A stretch of 64,000 nt of DNA from Rhodosorus marinus CCMP1338 (Eukaryota; Plantae; Rhodophyta), in the NCBI GenBank assembly GCA_029953675.1, contig JAMWBK010000006.1, forward strand, positions 868,001-932,000, written 5' to 3'. This document shows positions 58,901 to 64,000 of the stretch, piece by piece. A program made the position numbers and the translations under genes. Numbering within the stretch: position 1 is the first letter of the stretch; each line of letters begins with the position of its first letter. The notes beneath the pieces were generated by a model. It was not told the DNA's origin. It did not search any database and worked only from the letters and a program-made list of their open reading frames with translations.

Positions 58901-59217
58901 TGAAAGAATATTTAGAAATCGCGGGCCCAGACGCAAGTCCCCCACAGCACATCACGGATGCCAACTTCAAGTATTGCAAACTCTGGTCCTTTGTGTGGGG
59001 ACAGCGGGATCTGTACAAGAGAGGCAAACTTCAACCTGAACGGGAGGCTGCACTCAGGGACATTGGTCTGAGGCTGGAGACGAAGTCCGAGAGGTCAGTC
59101 AACGTCGAGATGACCAAAGCCGAATCCGTCTTTGATATTTCAGAGAGCCCATTGAGCGTCGAGAGCTTCGTACCCGAAATGGACCCAACCGAGGTTCCCC
59201 TGATCGATTCTAGGTGA
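55958..59217 (+). CDS. Helicase-associated (HA) domain repeat protein without a helicase domain
   Basis: Multi-exon. About 9-10 repeats of W...F..L..Y...HG...VP......LG.W...QR......G.L...R...L..IGF.W. The start is uncertain; the N-terminus contains GLRWLSARRVR. Confidence 0.8.
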
Positions 59218-60277
59218 AATGTGCGTGGATAAAAACAAGCCCGACGCCTCGGAAGGAAGGCCAATTGTTGTTGGAAGCACGTGCACTATACGATTTAGCT
59301 GGCCACGGTCCGAGCGGACAGAGGTTCCAAGTGGTCCAGCTCATGATCCCACCCAAAATCTTCTTTCCACTACGTCCATTCAGTCTGCGAGTAGTCAATT
59401 TAACGAAGCGGACGCTAGAACTTGGCACAGAACGAAACGGCTTTCTCATACTGGTTTCCGGATGACTAATCCGTTCACGTTTTCTCATGGCGGCACCATT
59501 GCCTACTCGCCCCGTCCGATACGCCAACCTTCAACCACCTGCGGTAGCACAGCTCGTTCGGGGAGTTTCACATCCTAGTAACTCTGAACAAAGCTCCCTT
59601 GCCTGTTGTCTTAGACTAGTTGAATAGAACATTTAGGAAGCCAGTTAGCTTCTCAGAGGCTTGCCGGGGTACTCAACCTACGAGCCATACTCCCCACAGA
59701 AGAATCCATTCTAAGGAGGTTACTCATAGACATTTACTGACAGCCTGTCCTTATTTTATCTTCGTCCTGTCTTGGGTTTTGAGCGGTGTGGCGTTTGGCT
59801 TATGGCATTATGAAGTTCTGAAGCAGCTTTAAACATACCGACAGATTCCGGATCAGTACATTGGTCTTGGATGCTAGTCTGAAGCACCCATCGCAGGGCC
59901 AAACTCTCCAAGAATCCCCTTTGGTCAGCGCGAGATCGAAATAGTGTGCTTGTCAGGGGAAGGAGAGGTGTTGCCCATAGCTTTAGAAAAGGGCTGAGCG
60001 CAGATACTCTTGAGGCTTATGGCCAGAGTAGATGGACAGATGAAGATAGGCAACTGGAGGCGCAAGTTTGTGATCAGTTGGCTGAGCAGATGAATAGAAG
60101 TTTTTGAGCTTGTTGTTTTCTGGTTCAGTTGAGGCGTTCAGGGAGTATACGATGACGGAACCTGGACATCAGCGCTGAACTGCGTTGATGAAGACGGTAC
60201 CTGGACTTGGGTTTTAAAGCGTTCAGGGGAGGTTGTTGGTTAGTCTTCAACAGATTATGTCAGTAGAAGGGTTTTTC

Positions 60278-63200
60278 ATGCGCACGGCAGTGCCTCCCGG
60301 GGCTGTATCTCAGATAATCCCGTGCAACCTGATTCCTTCGCTATCAGGAGATGAAGGAAAGCGACAGGCGAGTTTTGCACAGACTTGCCTTGGATGTCAA
60401 CTCGGAACTTCCACTGAAACGATACTTTTGTGTAAATCATCAGGCCGTACTGCTGAAGGAAACATGGCTGGAGATCCTCAGTGTGTCAGAATCTGGAGGC
60501 GTACCGCAACTGGTCTCTAGACAGCCTGTACACGGCATAGCAAGAGGATGCGCAACACTGCGGACTGGAGTAAATGACATCGACATCCTGGTGCTGACGT
60601 CGGATTCTGGAGAGCTGACCTTCCTAGGATTCGACGTCAAATCATTCCTTTTCAGACAAATCGATAGCGTGAAGATTGACAAGCCTGGTTTCGCACCTGA
60701 GGCTTTGGGCCAAAGCGTTGTTTCTGATCCGCAGAACGGCTTAATCGCGGTAGGAGAAGTTTTAAAGCGGCGTCTTTGAGCAGGAACTCGAAGCGACCTT
60801 AGGCGTCCGCTCTCGGAGGAGATTGCTCTATTCTCTTTAAGCTTCTTAGCTTCCCGCTGCAGGCGTCTAACCGAGATCGTACTTGTCGTCTTGTCGTGCA
60901 GGTTTCAGCGATGGAGGACGCGATCCAAATCTTCCGTGCTTCCCTGGACGAGAGCTCTCCGACCTTCACTGAGATGGATTCATTACATCTTGATGCAGTC
61001 ATCGTCTCGCAAACTTTTCTCCCCGGCGTTGCTCTTGTGGTTCTGACGAGCTCTCGCTATGGAAACGAAGTACACATATTTCCAGAGGCCGACGGTGAAG
61101 TTTCTCTTGTGTACGTACGCCTTTAAATACCTACGTCCGTGAGGGCCGGATCTCGCAGAGGTCTTAATGCCCAAGGAAGCTTCTAATGGTCATTCATGAC
61201 TTTTTCTGAATCCTCAGACCAGTAGTAGCATCAGCCAGACAACTGCTTGATCTTGGAGCTAGTGACCTCGCCCCTAATATGGGTGAGGTAATGGCTGTTC
61301 CAGGCTCAGAAACTATTTTTGCTCTCGTCTACGGCTCAAAAGTTGCCTTCTTCGATATTGGGTGCGCGCTTCACCCCATCAGTGTGTCGCCCTTCCAAGT
61401 TCTATGCTTGGTAGATATTGCGAGTACCGTGACTAACAACTGCATTCGCTACCTCCATCGAAAGCAGAAAAAACTTGCAGCCCGGTCCGGGAAGTTTCGA
61501 TCTACTGAACAGAATTGGACTGTATGATATGATTGACGTGGTGAATATAGGTGAATGCTTAATAGTCGCTGCTACGTGGTGGGAGTATCAAGGACCGAGC
61601 TATACGAGCACAACGGTAAGAAACAGACACCCATAATCTGTCCAGGACCACGCCAAATTCACAATGAACCGTTCGGGAGAGGACTGCACGAGGCTGAGCC
61701 CAGGATCCCTGCTCAGCACACATCGTGAAATTTAGCCACCTTCTGATAGTCGTTGCCACTGCCAAGGTTCCGGCCTTTCAGTTGATGCACTGTCCATCAC
61801 CCCAGGGTGTTTGGACCTTGGTCCTTGAACAAAAAAGTTTGGTGGCTGCAATTTCTCATGTGTAACCGCAAACTGAGCTCACGAACCAACCTCTGCCTTA
61901 GGCTATGCTTGTGAGTCTGGAGAACGGGGATCTGAAGATGATCACTGATGAGATTATACACCTCGGCAACTTTGGGCCGTGCATTGACATAGCAACTCTC
62001 GTGAACGAGCATCTTGTAATGTGTGGTGATGGGTGCGATGGCGGAGTTCGCCGGGTAAGGCGTCAGTCAGTATCCTAGCTTTTGCAGTTAATTGTTTAGT
62101 CTACTTGGTGATGTTGAGCTGAACTTTCCGAGGCGTGTTGTGGACAACGTTTGTCAGATGACAGTTGACACTGACTTTAAAGTCAATCTCAAGCTACAGC
62201 TCGTGCTGGAAAACTTCTCACCAGTCTCAAGCTTCGACTACGACCCGAATGAACAGGAGCTCTTCGTGTGTTCTGGAATAGGCAAGAGCGGCACACTACG
62301 CCGACTTCAACTCAGCGTCCCGATACATACACTGAGCAGAACTGAATCAATATTTGTGGGTTGCAATCGAATTTGGTCTCTGAAAACCAAGACCAGCGAC
62401 CGTCACCACTCCTTTCTCGTGATTTCATACATTGACTCAACAACAAGTGTGCTGGCCGTGGACCAAAGCGGAAACCACTTGACCGACAACACCGCTGAGC
62501 ATGGATTGCTGCTCCAGCAAGCAACAATCGCAGTCGGTCTGCTTGTTGAAAACGTACCGGCACAGGTCCATTCTGAAGGGATACGAATTGGCCACCTTTC
62601 AGACAAACCTGGAATCGCCCCGAAAACAGCCGATTGGGTGTTCCCGAGTGGAACAAAGGTCAATGCTGCTGTGGTGGTGGAAGCGTAAGTTCATCACTCT
62701 AGCTGGTCACGTCGCAAGCAGCCTCCTGAGCCGTTGACCCAATTTCGTTACGCTCCTATTCAAAACCTCAGAGCGATCTACGTGGCCTACATAGCAGCGG
62801 ATAAAGGTCCACAGATTACTCGGTTTGAACTCAGCGATGGTGCTCTTATTGAGAGCTGTACTCAACGCCTCAAACATGAAGTTTCGTGCATGGAGCCATT
62901 CCCTGAGAAGTCAGCACTAGTCCTCGGAACGAGGTTACCATCTCTGGAAATAAGGGACGTGGTTCGGTTGGAGATGCTCCGCGAGTACCCTTTGAGTGAT
63001 TGGAACCTTCTGCCGCAGCTCCCTCGCCAGAAGGATCCGGCGATCCTGAAGCAACTGAAGCCAACGCAGCGCGCACCTGTAAGTGACGATGTCTGGGAGA
63101 TTGTTAACCCACAAGTGAACCTCCTATTTGTCTATTCTGATCCCCCGTTTGTCCATCGCGTTGCTAGGGTATTCCTGAATCCGTGTGCGTCCACGTTGAC

Positions 63201-64000
63201 GAGGCAGGCCCCACTGTAGTTGCCAGCCTACGTGGCGGCATGTTAATCACATGGACTATCAGAGATGGATTCACACTCGAGCACAAGCAGACGAAGTTTA
63301 TAGACTTTTCTTCTGGACAGGTAGGATCTTCACAACGAAGTTGAGGGCATCTCGATCTTCCACTGACAGTAGCTAATACCTGGGTCTCTGTCGGCTGCTC
63401 TTTACAAAGCTCATTCATGCGCGCTTAGAATCGTCGCCAGCACTGATTTTGCTTTCGGAGCGCCTCTGGCTTGTCCGGTTCAGGGACGGTCGTATCTCAT
63501 GTGACCCGACGTCGTTGAAGGAGGTAGGTGTTGTCTCCACGCTCTGTACCTGGCCTTGCTCAAGGAGAGCTGCGCCTACCCTTTATGTACTGTTTGACGA
63601 GCAACTAGTCTCGCTCGATAGTTGAACTCGACAGCTGGCGACTTGCATGTTACACGATTAAGGCTGACTTCGTTGCGCTTGCTCAAATCCTGGCCCTTCT
63701 TCCCAACCTTTCAGGCGGACGCCGTAGTACCGTTTAGCTTGGCGGAGCTTGGCAGCTGCCTTATCGTAATATCGAAGGGAGCCTTGTTGATAACGAAGCC
63801 AAGGCGGACGTTGGTTTGTACAAAGAAGATCCTCTTGCGTGCAACTCCTCGACGGGTCCTACTCGAACGCGGACCGGATGGCAGAAAGTGCGAGAAAGAA
63901 AGCAAAGTTGGCTCTAAAGTTTTTGGCTTTCTAGCGGCAGGGTGAAAAGCCTTATCCTTCCCTGTTTTCTCTAATCGAGCGAACAGGATCTTCGTTGTTG
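60278..64000 (+). CDS. DDB1/RSE1(SF3B3)/CPSF1-family beta-propeller protein, 3'-partial
   Basis: Multi-exon. KETWLEIL, QPVHG, DILVLTSDSGELTFL, GQSVVSDP..LIAVSAMED, ENFSPV..FD, LFVCSGIGKSGTLRRL, RIWSL, SFLVISY...T.VL, TIAVG...QVHSEGIR. Runs off the window. Confidence 0.82.

Noticed and set aside
1-64000. Transposase, reverse transcriptase, integrase, tRNA or rRNA genes
   Set aside because: No DDE, YxDD, LTR/TIR-plus-ORF, cloverleaf or rRNA signature was recognised by eye; tRNAscan-SE, Infernal and RepeatMasker would be needed to exclude them formally.

Overview
Eukaryotic nuclear DNA, gene-dense, with short (mostly 60-200 nt) GT-AG introns. It is most consistent with a unicellular red alga (inference from MAF(V)-type plastid transit peptides on three genes and a nuclear lpxA; the species cannot be determined here). 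About 25 protein-coding genes were reconstructed by hand across introns: class-3 lipase (5'-partial), alanine aminotransferase, RPL31, a membrane rubredoxin, a Rieske ferredoxin, a nucleoplasmin-like protein, PRP38, an ABHD11/YbfF-like protein, an acidic IPT-like membrane protein, LpxA, PheRS alpha, a PAF-acetylhydrolase-like esterase, a divergent EF-Ts, proteasome alpha7, a GH35 protein, two tandem saccharopine-dehydrogenase-like genes, an extended TrmH/SpoU, MsrB, RPL17, two related ANL/AMP-binding-derived genes, an HA-repeat protein and a 3'-partial DDB1/RSE1-family propeller. I recognised no tRNA, rRNA, CRISPR array or autonomous transposon. The most unusual items: (1) an apparently dead oxalyl-CoA-synthetase-like fold with a roughly 330-aa coiled-coil insertion at its hinge, next to an intact duplicate of only its C-terminal half; (2) a recent inverted copy of the rubredoxin gene 3' end that abuts a splice-acceptor-like site and re-encodes the same C-terminus on the opposite strand; (3) an old 158-bp inverted repeat; (4) several enzymes lacking catalytic residues. 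Family assignments are from motif recall and exon boundaries are by eye, without database searches.
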